Shown: piece after piece, positions 25,397 through 36,400 of the stretch
How positions within the stretch are numbered: the first letter of the stretch is position 1
Layout of the letters: each line of letters starts with the position of its first letter
Assembly: GCF_006345805.1 (NCBI RefSeq)
Contig: NC_043003.1
Span: 69,874,001 to 69,938,000 of the forward strand
Length of the DNA stretch: 64,000 nt
Reading direction: 5' to 3'
Source: Octopus sinensis
Lineage: Eukaryota
Program-made: the position numbers and the translations under genes
Notes under the pieces: model-generated
Databases searched by the model: none
What the model was told of the DNA's origin: nothing
Seen by the model: the letters and a program-made list of their open reading frames with translations, nothing else

Positions 25397-26092
25397 TTTT
25401 TCACAAATGGTGTTTTAAACCAGTGTCTGAAAAGAAAGAAGTTGTATTAACAGGTTCAATGAAGTCACTCAGGGGTGGGGCCGAATGGCTTCATTCCAGT
25501 TTTTCATTATATTTAGTTCATCTTTTCCATTCGTTTTTTTTTTTTTTTGTCCCCCACTTTGTGCTGTCCCCTCTATGTAAGGCCTTCATGGCCAATCTCA
25601 TGAAATAGAGAAACTTGGTTCTCAACCACATGGTTCTGAGTTCAGTCCCACTGTATGGCACCTTGGGCAAGCATCTTCTCCTATAGCCTCAAACTGACCA
25701 AAACCTTGTGAGTGGATTTGGCTGACAGAAACTGAAAGAAATTTGTCATGTGTGTGTGTGTTTGTGTCTGTATTTGTCCCCCACTTTGCTTGACAATCAA
25801 GTAGCTCAGCAAAAGTTACTAATAGAATAAGTATCAGGATTAAAAGAAAAATAAGCCCATCATATATATATATATATATATGTATATGTAGGTATTTATG
25901 TGTGTCACCACATCACTACTTGACAACCAGTGTTGGCGTGTTTATGCCCCTGTAACTTAGCGGTTCAGCAAAAGAGACTAATAGAATAAATACTAGGCTT
26001 AAGAAATTAGACTTGGAATCGATTTGTTTGACTAAAACCCTTCAAAGCAGTGCTCCAGAATGGCCAGAGTCTGAAACAAGTAAAAGAATATA

Positions 26093-26126
<34 letters not shown>

Positions 26127-26306
26127 TACGGAGATGTACTTGCATAGCGAGTGACTTGCAGTACAAAATTTTGTCAGTCTCAAAATTTTGATCGCGGTCT
26201 CAAAGTGGCGAAAATATTTTGATAAATTAAATTTAAATGTTGAAGTGAATCTAACGGTTTTGTGTGTTTCTTAAATGGCTTATAAACACCTTCCACGCTG
26301 CAATTG

Positions 26307-26345
<39 letters not shown>

Positions 26346-26538
26346 TGTGTGTATTTTCCCCTCATTAACAATTAACACAGAAAAAATAGATAAAGAGTTA
26401 CCAGGATAGCAAAAATTCACACAAGTAAAAAGGGTATAATTCCTTGTTTTTAAAGGTAGATACTCCAGGTTTACATGAAATATTTTGTATAATATATAAA
26501 TAAATGGAGTTAAATGCAGGTGTTATTCAAATTCTTTT

Positions 26539-26627
26539 ACTTCTGACACATGTTTCAAAGATATCACTGATATTATTCCAAAGGAATAAAATGGTGTAAA
26601 ACAATGTAATCTTCTCTTCAGGGAAAT
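26539..26627 (-). ncRNA. Type I hammerhead ribozyme motif (Penelope-associated), probably slightly decayed
   Basis: Minus strand: AUUUCC-CUGAAGA-GAAGAU...AUCUUU-GAAAC-AUGU-GUC-AGAAGU. Canonical core, 6-bp stem II (G10.1.U11.1 wobble), minimal palindromic stem III, 5-bp stem I, GUC triplet; ~600 bp from the PLE RT. Confidence 0.7.
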
Positions 26628-27189
26628 GAAGAAATGAAACTTGTCAATAAGACATTTTAACAGAAAATGATGGATATGTATAGTGATTAACTGAACGCTA
26701 TTAAGTTTGTTTCAAAAAAAACATTATAGGATATAACATCAAAGGTAGCCTATAGAAAGAGGAGGGGTAAAAGAAAGAAAAAAAACAAATAAATGGTAAG
26801 TATATAATGATACATAAATAAAATAAAACCCTAAAATCTTGGAAAAAGATATATCTAGTGAATGTGAAATGTAAGAAGAAAATTGATGTTTAAATTATAT
26901 ATAATGATAAATATCACTTATATGAACTAAAGGTGTGTTTCTGTAATTAATTTAGCTAATACCATCCATCCTCCTAGAAATATTAATAACAAGGTTATTG
27001 TATCTTAAGGCAATTACAACAGAATCAAGTTTACGTGAAGTAACTCTAAACACCTGCGTTTAACTCCATTTATTACATATGTATATGCATACATGTACAT
27101 ATGTGTTATGGGATAATACAGACAGAGAAAGTTGATATTAGTATTGGTGTTGCATATTTCTGAGTTAACTTCAGATTTAGAATTCTTAT

Positions 27190-27790
27190 TTTGAATTCCC
27201 TCATAGATTAAGATTAGGAGCAGTTGAATTCTGGATAGACAAAATCCCACATAGTATTCAAGAGAGATTCACCAAAGAATTTACATTTGAAGAATTATGA
27301 TTAGTACTCAAAAATAACTACTTCTTTGATAACTGATGTTACATTCAAATACAAGGAATGGTAATGGGAACAGAAGTCATACCAACATTTGCAACCCTAG
27401 TCATGGAATTCTTGAAGAAAAAAGAAATCTATGCCTTTTCTGGAATTATTTTTAATCGTCATTTTCAATCCTGTTAAGAAAGAAACTGGAAAAGATTCTT
27501 GGATGACTGTTTTATATTTTGGAACAGAAATAAGGAAAATTTGAGAAATATTTCTTCAATTAATAAAAAGCATTAATCCATTGATCCAGTTCACTTTTTT
27601 AGACAGCCTGATAATAAAATAAAATTAAACAGTTACCATTGATCTCCACTGCAAGGATACCAACACACACTAATATTTTAGAACTTGTCACCCATCCCTT
27701 ATGTAAAAGAACGTCTCGTTCAATACTGCAAGACATATACGCTTCATAGTTGCAGGCACAAATAGACAAAAGGAATGGCTGGTAAAACTA
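27190..27790 (+). mobile_element. Penelope-like element reverse transcriptase remnant
   Basis: Manual translation with stops: PHRLRLGAVEFWIDK...RFTKEF...LVLKNNYFFDN*CYIQIQGMVMGTEVIPTFATLVMEFL...WKRFLDDCFIFW...FLDSLIIK...CHP...FNTAR; these match PLE RT and thumb motifs. Confidence 0.85.
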
Positions 27791-28334
27791 AATATGTTTC
27801 TTCAGAAAAAAATACTCCTAAAATTTAGACAATCATTCTATAACCAAAGCAAAAGCGATACCAATCTCTGTCTTACAAAAAAAACCTCACAATCATCATC
27901 ATCATTGTCGTTTAACGTCTGCTTTCCATGCTGGCATGCGTTGGATGGTTTGACTGACGGCTGGCAAATCAGAAAGCTGCACCAGGCTCCAATCCAATCT
28001 GGCACCTCTTTTCTGCACCTTCTCTCCTTTCCCTGTGCTGCTCTCCATCATCTACTCCTCATTTGCCTGCTATCGCCCTCAATGCTCTCACATATATCTA
28101 CTGCAACCCCTTCCCCTAAGCCTCTCCTATATTTCTCACCATCATTTGCCAGCCACAGTCACCTCATCCTACCCACTCACCCAGCCCAAGCCTCTATATC
28201 ACCTCACCTACTCTCTCTCTCCACCCCATGTCCCTTGAGGGCATGTCCTGACAAATCCCCCCATCCCTGCCATCATCTCTTTCATTGTCACTCCCTTTAT
28301 CCTATCCTCCAACCCACTTTCTTTTCTTTTCCAA

Positions 28335-28490
28335 CTGGAGCATCCATACATTATTTACATTTGACAGATATTTGTTCTCATCTTGTTTGTTATTAATATG
28401 TTTTGGCTGCTGTACCCTCCAGCCTTCATCAGGTGTCTTGGGAAAATTTTGAAACTGGGTTCTCATTCCTAAGGTAAATTTTATGTTGTT
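28335..28490 (-). mobile_element. Penelope-like terminal fragment with hammerhead-like motif
   Basis: Minus: gacac-CUGAUGA-A-GGCUG-gaggguacag-CAGCC-AAAAC at 28399-28438. Confidence 0.5.
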
Positions 28491-29069
28491 ATTATTATTA
28501 TTATTATCATTATTATTGAGTGAGAGAGCAGTGCATGCCATCAAAGTGACACTGGGGTAAAAATATACAAAGCCCAGTATACCCATCATGACTACCCGTC
28601 TTATAAGGGTATACCAGGCACATGCATCATAACCATGTGCGCGACATGGTGATCTCATGTCAAGATAAACAGCACATGACTTTGCAGGTGGGGCCCAGTT
28701 AGAATTTTCTTCTTGTCAAATAACCTATCCTGCTCAAAAGGTCCCTGAATAAGGGTTGTTTAAGGAACGAAACACCCATGTTTCCAGAGGTGAATTATTC
28801 AAACCCCAAAGAATCCCTCTCAATGCATGGCTATGATGCTCCCCCACTACTTCTGCTTGTGATCAGAGATGCACATATCATCAGCCACTAAGGGACATGC
28901 TCAACTGGTTAAGGTCAAACAACTGACAAGCAAATCTATGGTATTGAGCAGAATATTTGCTGTAGCCCATCTTTTATACCAAGACAAAACAATGTACATG
29001 ATAACACTTCCAATCAGTTAAGATCAGAAGCCATGAGAGCCACTGCCTGGTGCTGCATCAGGGAATGTA

Positions 29070-29163
29070 TATTATTATTATTATTATTCAGGTCACTACC
29101 TGGAATTGAACTCAGAATCTTGGGATTAGTAGCCTGCACTCTTAACCACTACACCATATGCCC
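29070..29163 (-). mobile_element. Short tRNA-derived SINE or tRNA pseudogene with (AAT)n tail
   Basis: Minus: gggcatatggtgtagtggttaagagtgcaggctactaatcccaagattctgagttcaattccaggtagtgacctg(aat)n. Confidence 0.7.
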
Positions 29164-29182
29164 ATATGTTTAACAATTATAT

Positions 29183-31271
29183 ATACTCTCTCTGAACATC
29201 AGGGGCCTTATAACACTCCAGCAATGTAAAACACAATACCTAAGAGACCTTGTGACATGTAATCAAGCAATATGCATGTCACTAACAGAAACAAACTCAA
29301 ACATTCCCATGAAAAGGAAAGGGCAGAAAAGAAGCCATACTATCAAAAACAATAAAGCGGACCCTAAGGCCTTCTATAGATATGCGAAAGAATCTGCTCC
29401 ATTGTGTTACAAAATAGGACTACTACTAGATGAAAACAGCTCACCAACTGCGGACCCCCCAGAGGATCAGTGAATTACTGAAAGCACAATACAAGAGTGC
29501 TTTCAGCATACCACTGGGGAAGCTATCTGTGCCCGATAGGTTCTTTGACCCAAAAAGACACGCATTGTGAAATGGCAACTATTGATAACATCAACAGAGA
29601 GGAAACAAATGTGATATCAGCCATTGAAGAGCTGAGCTCAAACTCGGCAGTGGGCCCTGATGGATTCCCTGCAATCCTCCTAAAGAAATGTCAGAGCTCT
29701 AGCTAGACCACTTCAAATCCTTTTCCAGGAGTCCCTCAGAATGGGGAAACTCCCCAAAAAACTAAAAGCGGGAATAATATGCCCTATCCATAAGGGAGGA
29801 AGCAGGGTATGGACTAGGAATTATAGACCTGTCTCCCTGACCTCCCACATCAGTAAAAGTCATGGAGCTCATTGTTGGGAAAAAACTGATTGAGTTCCTT
29901 GAGGACAATGACCTGCTCTCTGATACCCAACATGGTTTTCGCCCGTGAAGGAGCTGTCTTATACAGCTTCTGCGACACTATGACTGGGTACTGAAGCAAT
30001 TAATGAACTGCTCAAAGGTGGATTTGGTATACCTTGACTTTGTGAAGGCATTTGACAAGGTTGACCATGGAATGATATGCCACAAAATACGAGGACTCAG
30101 CATCACCAGTAAAGTCAGAGAGTGGCTACATGATTTCTTGAAGGACAGGAGTCAAACTGTGACAGCCAACAGAGCTCTCTCCTCAGAGACACCAATAGTG
30201 AGTGAAGTTCTGCAGGGTACTGTTCTGGGGCCATTGCTTTTCATGGTAGCCCTATAGGATATGCCATCAGTGACAGAAGCAGCCATACTTACCAGCTATG
30301 CCAACGACACAAAAGTCACACAGTCAGCCAAGGAAACCTCTGATGCTAAGCTCTTGAAGAAAGATCTAGATGCCATCTATACATGGGTTGAAGATAACAA
30401 GATGCAATTTAATACAAGTAAATTCCAGGTCCTCCGCTATCAGTTAAGCACTGCTCAGGAATCACAACATCAATATGTTGGACCAAGTGGAGCAACGATC
30501 CCAGAATCAAATACGGTGTGTGATCTTGGAATAGAAATGAGCAACAATGCCTTATTTCACACACATATCAAGAAAATGGCAGTAGTATCCAGAAGACTGG
30601 CCAGTTTGATACTGAGAACCTTCCAAACAAGGGACCAAGAAACTATGATGACACTATGGAAGTCATTTATCCTCAGCCAATTGGATTACTGCTATCAGCT
30701 ATGGTCACCTTATACTACAAGGAAAATAGCAGAGCTTGAAACAGTCCAACGACATTACACAAAGAAAATTGCATCAATGGAATGACTGAGCTACTGGGAC
30801 AGATTGAAAGAGCCACAACTCTATTCCCTGGAATGAAGGCGGGAGAGGTATGCAGTGATATATATATATGGAAGATACTGGAAGGACTGGTACCAAACTT
30901 TGGAATAAAGAGCTACACAAGACCACAAACAGGACGTCACTGTGCTGACCTGCTTCATCTCGGGCAAGGATGATGTACTGCAATAGCTTGGGTTTCAAGG
31001 GCCCACAGCTGTTTAACTGTCTGCCGAAGCATCTGAGGAGCCTCCTTAGAGTGGATGTAGATGTTTTCAAATGTGAACTTGACCTCTGGCTCACCGAGAT
31101 CCCAGATGAGCCAATATCTAGGCAGGAAACTCAAGAGGGCAGTAACATCGAACTCCATCCCTCCATCCTTCACCAAAAGCCACTCCAACAAAGGTGGAGA
31201 GTGGAAAGGTGATCACAATGGCAGTGCTCCAGCATGGCCACAGTCATTGGATTGAAACATATAAAAGAATA
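29183..31271 (+). mobile_element. CR1-clade LINE ORF2, internally deleted and decayed (EN N-terminus + RT + 3' tail)
   Basis: ILSLNIRGL...SLTETN (APE endonuclease start), AVGPDGFPAILLKKC, NYRPVSLTS, VDLVYLDFVKAFDKVDHG, VLQGTVLGPLLF, YANDTK (YADD mutated), LDYCYQLWSPY; several stops and frameshifts; 3' tail ggcagtgctccagcatggccacagtc...aaaagaata. Confidence 0.92.
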
Positions 31272-31289
31272 TATATATATATAAACACA

Positions 31290-31516
31290 CAGAGTGTTCA
31301 AAAAGTCTCTCTGCAGTATTTAATGGTTTCCGGGCAATTCTTGTACACTGATCCTTTACTTGCTCCCTAGAGAAAAAAGTCTGGTGGTGTTGAATCAGGT
31401 AATCTTGGTGGCCAAAGTCCCTTCGAAATAATCCATTCGCCGAAAAACTCTTGTAGTGCCATGGTGATGCGCAGGATGAAAAAAATTCACTGCTGAGAAA
31501 CTTTTTGAACACTGTG
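31290..31516 (-). mobile_element. Internally deleted Tc1/mariner derivative
   Basis: TIR cagagtgttcaaaaagtctctc / gagaaactttttgaacactgtg; minus strand encodes GLWPPRLPDSTPPDFFL*G (WPPRSPDLTPxDFFLWG-like). Confidence 0.7.
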
Positions 31517-31820
31517 TGTATATATATATATAAAATTGAATAAGGGTAGAAATTGATATTAATCAATTAAAACCAGTGGCCTAGCACATTAAAAAAATCC
31601 GAAGATTAAAATATTTTTTACATACAAAATTTAAAGGACTGACCACTAAAAATGGATGGTCAATATGCTAGATATAGACGTCAAAATCGCTATTTTCCAC
31701 GAAGAATGTGTTCTCAAGAAAAACTCAGCACAGTTTTTTGTTTTATATATATATAAATTTATAAAACATAAATCTGGAGAAGAAGCACTCTCTAAAAAGT
31801 AAAGTAGTCAATGTTTTATA

Positions 31821-31986
31821 CTGGGAAAGGCCAGTTTATGGGGTTAGCCTGGGTTTCCTGTCCATAAAGGGTTTAACTTTTATAGGTCTTAGGAGAACAG
31901 GTCTTGGGGGTCTAATGATACGCCATAAAGTTAAACCCTTTATGGATGGGCGACCCAGGGTAACCTCATAAACCAGCCATCCCCAG
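31821..31986. mobile_element. Small TA-flanked MITE with ~60-bp arms
   Basis: ctgggaaaggccagtttatggggtta...ccataaagggtttaacttt mirrored by aaagttaaaccctttatgg...taacctcataaaccagccatccccag. Confidence 0.75.
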
Positions 31987-32299
31987 TTATATATATATAA
32001 TACATATATGTAGTATGTATATATGTGTGTATAAAATGTGTATATATGTGTGTGAGTGTGTATATATATGTATGTGTACATATATATGTGTGTGTGTGTG
32101 TATTGATGTACACACATGCATCTATATAACTGAAAGACAGACGTGCACAATGAAACTACTATGAACTATTAGGACATTTACTTCAATTATTAGCAAGTTA
32201 GGTGGAAAACACTCTGCACCCAATCTCCTTTATGTAATATATACCAGCATAATATTATATAATCTGCTCACAGCACATAATGGTATCATTTGCGTATAT

Positions 32300-35200
32300 G
32301 ATCTTGTAGTTTGATAAAATACATATATTGTTGTTGTTTAGCTCGAGGTCAGCTGTGATTGAATAGGCTTTTGATGAAAGACATTCCATTCGTGACTGTC
32401 GTTTTTTTTTATAACAGGTAAAGTGTAATCAGTGTTACAGTGGTTAATATAATTCGTTTTTAACAGAGTAAGATGTAATTCGAGGGATATTTAACTGCTA
32501 TTTCTAACGAGTTACAGAGACGTTCCCTTCCGTAGGTCTGATGTATCAATGTTGCATACATGCGCAGAGTTAAAGCGCGTGTTACTAACACAATCCGTGG
32601 CTATACTTGTGAACACCTGCTCATCTCCCTCCCTTCTTCAATAATTTATGTGAGTAGTCACATGACACATGAGTGGTGCTGTAGCCTCGAGGTGAATTTT
32701 GCGCCCTCCCTGCCAATGGCCGCCATGTCTTTTAATTTCTTCATTCGTCTTCCTACCATTATCAATATCACGAAATAATTCTCATCTGATAGGGTCAATG
32801 ACACTATAGAAGCAGTTGTATCTGTTAAAGGAAATATGAAAATATATGTAAAACGTCCATGGATGAAGAGATTATTCGTTCAGTTGCTGTTATCTCCGAA
32901 ACATTTATTACTTCAAACCTGAAAATGTAACCACTCCTTTAAGTTTAGAAGCTTTAAATCAATTAAAACTTAAAGAATAGCTATAAGATTCCAAATATTA
33001 TACATTTCGATGACTTTTTCACTAAACTGTGTTCAACAGTCACTTCCTTCCTGTTGAACTCAGTATATTTTATATCAAAACATGTAAATGTATTAACCTA
33101 AAAAAGCATCTAAAAGTCACACCATTAAAGTGTTCTTGCCTCGCGTTCCGTTCAATGAGTAACTCCCCTTGATTGCCCCTCTCTTTCTTTTACTACATAT
33201 TTTTTCTATCTCTCGCACGCATACACGTTGAGTAACTCCCCTTGTTACTCTCCTCCCTCTCTCTTCCTGCATGTATCCCTCCTTCTCTTGTCATTCTCTC
33301 CCCCTCTCTGTCTTCCTATTTATATCCATCTCGCTCTCTTTCTCTCTCACTAACCTCTAATAGTCTCTCTCTCTTTCACTCTCTCAATACTGTTGAAAGG
33401 ACTACGACACCCCGCCAGCGGAAGCACCAACTATACGTCTTCTTTTCTAAACGTTGTCTTCGTTTTTACTCAACACTTGGATTCTCCAGGTAAATATAAT
33501 ATAATATAATATATTCCATACCAACAAATATTACACACACTATTATCTGATTGCTTTCCATTACATCTCCGAGTTTGTATTCATTAACAACAGCTAGCCA
33601 CACACAAATACATACCTACATACATATATATATATATGTGCTATTTTTCTTGTAATTAAATGTGAATTATGTCAAGTATTCAAGTAATGGTATATAGTAT
33701 TAAAAAAATATACTAGAAATAATTGTATATACCGATGATATTGTTTTTCTTTATATAATTAAATCGTGACTGGTGATACCATTCCACCCTTCTCCGCCAT
33801 ACATCACCAATCCCAGTATAATGAATCTTTTTCACTTATACATCTCTCATTTATATTAATTTCATCTCACACTAAAATATTCGCAACGATCTACTCGAAT
33901 GGAATTCAACTGTCGTCGTTCGTTGTCGTTGCAGTCATTTCTGCTCCTTGTGTGCCATTTCCTTTACATGTTTCGTCTTGTTTTTTTCTTCTTTTCCCGA
34001 CAACTCCCCCTTCTTTGACCGAGTGGGTGTGATGCGATTGTTTGTCCGTATATAACAGCTGTTAAAAAGGGGGTAATATTCAAATATAAATAACCGAAAC
34101 GATTTAAAACGAATATTGTAATTATCATACATTAAAAGCAATAATTTATTTTAACAGTCACAGCATAATTAATGTCTATAAAGCATCTATTGACATCCCT
34201 TCTCTTCCTTTATCGTCCTATGTATGTATGTGTGTGTTCGTCTCTTCTATGATGTCGACGACGACATCGAAATGGACTGTAAACGACGTGGAGACCAAAC
34301 CTGACTGCACAAATTTCAATGTCACTATCCAAGTGCCTACGCAAACTTTATCATCATCATCTCCTCTCTATGTTAATTGATGTTAAACGTTAGAATATCT
34401 CTGACATAGTAATTGATTATCCATTTCTTGGCAATTAGTAATCACTAATTGACTACGATGATGTCCTACTTTTACAATTATAATATTCTCATCCATCCAT
34501 CCATTTCTATAGTACCTTATATATACATCAGTCACCTTCCTATTTTATTTTTCTATTGATATTCGCCTACACTGTTCGGTTCATTCACCTGTAACCTTTC
34601 CTTAAACACCAATATTATTTATCATCACCTCTTATAATCTGTGTGTTGCTTATTTTGGCAATTGATTCTGCACTAATTCCGATATAATAATAATGATAAT
34701 AATAATAATTATTATTATTATAGTAAAAGACGATAGAACCTCATTTAATGCCGTGCTTTATTTGTGCCTTATTAGTTTGAGTCTGTCAGCAGCTTCAGTT
34801 TTGGTTGTCGAAAATAGATTTCGTGTTCTGACCCATTCCTGGATCATCTACCCATCATTATTTACTCCTCATCTGATGACATTCACTGCCTAAAAATTGA
34901 ATTATCTGTATATAATTGAGTATATAGACATTATTATTATTATCATTTCCTTCTCGTGTTTTCTTTCATATGTATATGCGGGGCATTCCACCGTTTGCTG
35001 TGTTTTATACACTGTTGATCCCATCCATCTCTTATATATATAGCAGAACATATATATATATATATATGCACACACACACTATAAATGTCGGTACCTCATT
35101 TGCTATTACACACCCCTTTCAGACAGAATCGATAACAGTTGTGTCATTCAAGATCATCTGGTTTCATTCCCAGCATCACTGCTTAAATTTTCTCCAGTTG

Positions 35201-35363
35201 CGTGTTTTGAGACCTCAATATTTCTTTGGCAAGGTTACCGATGCTGACTTTGGCACAATCTGTTGTAGCATCTTGAGACAACGGGAATGAAACAAACAGT
35301 TCAATCGAACTATTAACAAGAGAATATTCCCTCCCCCGTCTCATTGTTTATTGTTTTCGATTT

Positions 35364-35413
<50 letters not shown>

Positions 35414-35420
35414 ATATATA

Positions 35421-35453
<33 letters not shown>

Positions 35454-35656
35454 CCTGTGTTTCTTTTCTTTCATCGAAGTAAACAATCAGCGTTGTTTTT
35501 CTGTTTGTATTTATGTGTGAAAAAGGACATTTTTACGCATTCTTTTGCGAGGATCGTTCTCTCTTCGTCGACATAGGAGTTTTAACTGAATTGTCGTCGA
35601 TACACCCACCTAGTACTTTACTTCACTGCTTACGTGGTACATAGTGCAGGCGCACC

Positions 35657-35711
<55 letters not shown>

Positions 35712-36400
35712 GCGTGTTTGTATCCGTGTTATGCAAGCATATATAAATATACATGTTTGTATGGTATGTGTCTTTATCTAAGCTGTACAAACATTGGCTG
35801 AAAAGCTTTTTCCTCCTATAAATTTGTTTCGTTATTTATATTCTTCTCCATCCAGAAATCGAATGCTGTTCGATTATTCATATTGATTTTTATGAGCTTA
35901 TTTGTAATTTTAATAGGCTTTGGATCTTAAGGACATCAGCTATCAGCTGCTTCCAGCATTTTATATATTCGTCCAGCGATGAATGTGTACGCGTATACAC
36001 ACACACACATATCTATAAACTGTATATCTTATAAAAGAAAAGCTGTGGTGTTTTAGAAAATTATTTTAAAAATTAGTATTATTACATTTTAAAATTTAAT
36101 TTAGATTTGCCCAGTTTTAAGCTACGTTGGGGGGAAACATTCTGTCATCGTGTCCTTTCACACGTTCACGCCCACTTCCTTCACTCACCGAAATTGCAGC
36201 TCTGAAACGTTCGTTGCTAGAAGTACGCGCGTGTATTTATATGTGTGTGTGTGTGTGTCTAATCAAAATTTTGAGTTTTTTTAGCTGTTGGTAAGTAGTT
36301 CCTCTCAGACGAAAGTAGGTTTTTAAGAACCACCTGCAGTTCCACTTTCTGTGCCATAAACTCACCAACACACTTTCTGTAGAACGTTTCTACTCAATTA
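32300..36400. promoter_or_regulatory. CpG-retaining, promoter-like domain 2 with candidate non-coding first exons
   Basis: CCAAT (32712) next to YY1-like ccgccatgt (32720); repeated 16-mer; CT tracts; donor CAG|GTAAAT after 33489; CACGCCCAC + CACTTCCT (36167-36180) and donor TTG|GTAAGT after 36290. Confidence 0.5.

Larger units (their letters stand above)
23277..25608 (+). mobile_element. ORF1-only L1/Tx1-like non-LTR retroposon, copy B, carrying two nested SINEs
   Basis: ORF1 remnant ~23403-24600 is homologous to copy A (EVVLLPIYLGRCSSRVRVKEIP vs EVVLLPKYLGRKTSKVRVEGIP; knuckle deleted). 3' tail gtcccctctatgtaaggccttcatggccaat...gaaatag at ~25567-25608. TSD agaagcttgcttc (23264-23276) / agaaacttggttc (25609-25621). 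The host SINE head precedes it and resumes after it. Confidence 0.8.

Noticed and set aside
34249-34380. 43-aa ORF MMSTTTSKW... in the promoter-like domain
   Set aside because: No recognisable homology or splice support; more likely UTR or promoter sequence.
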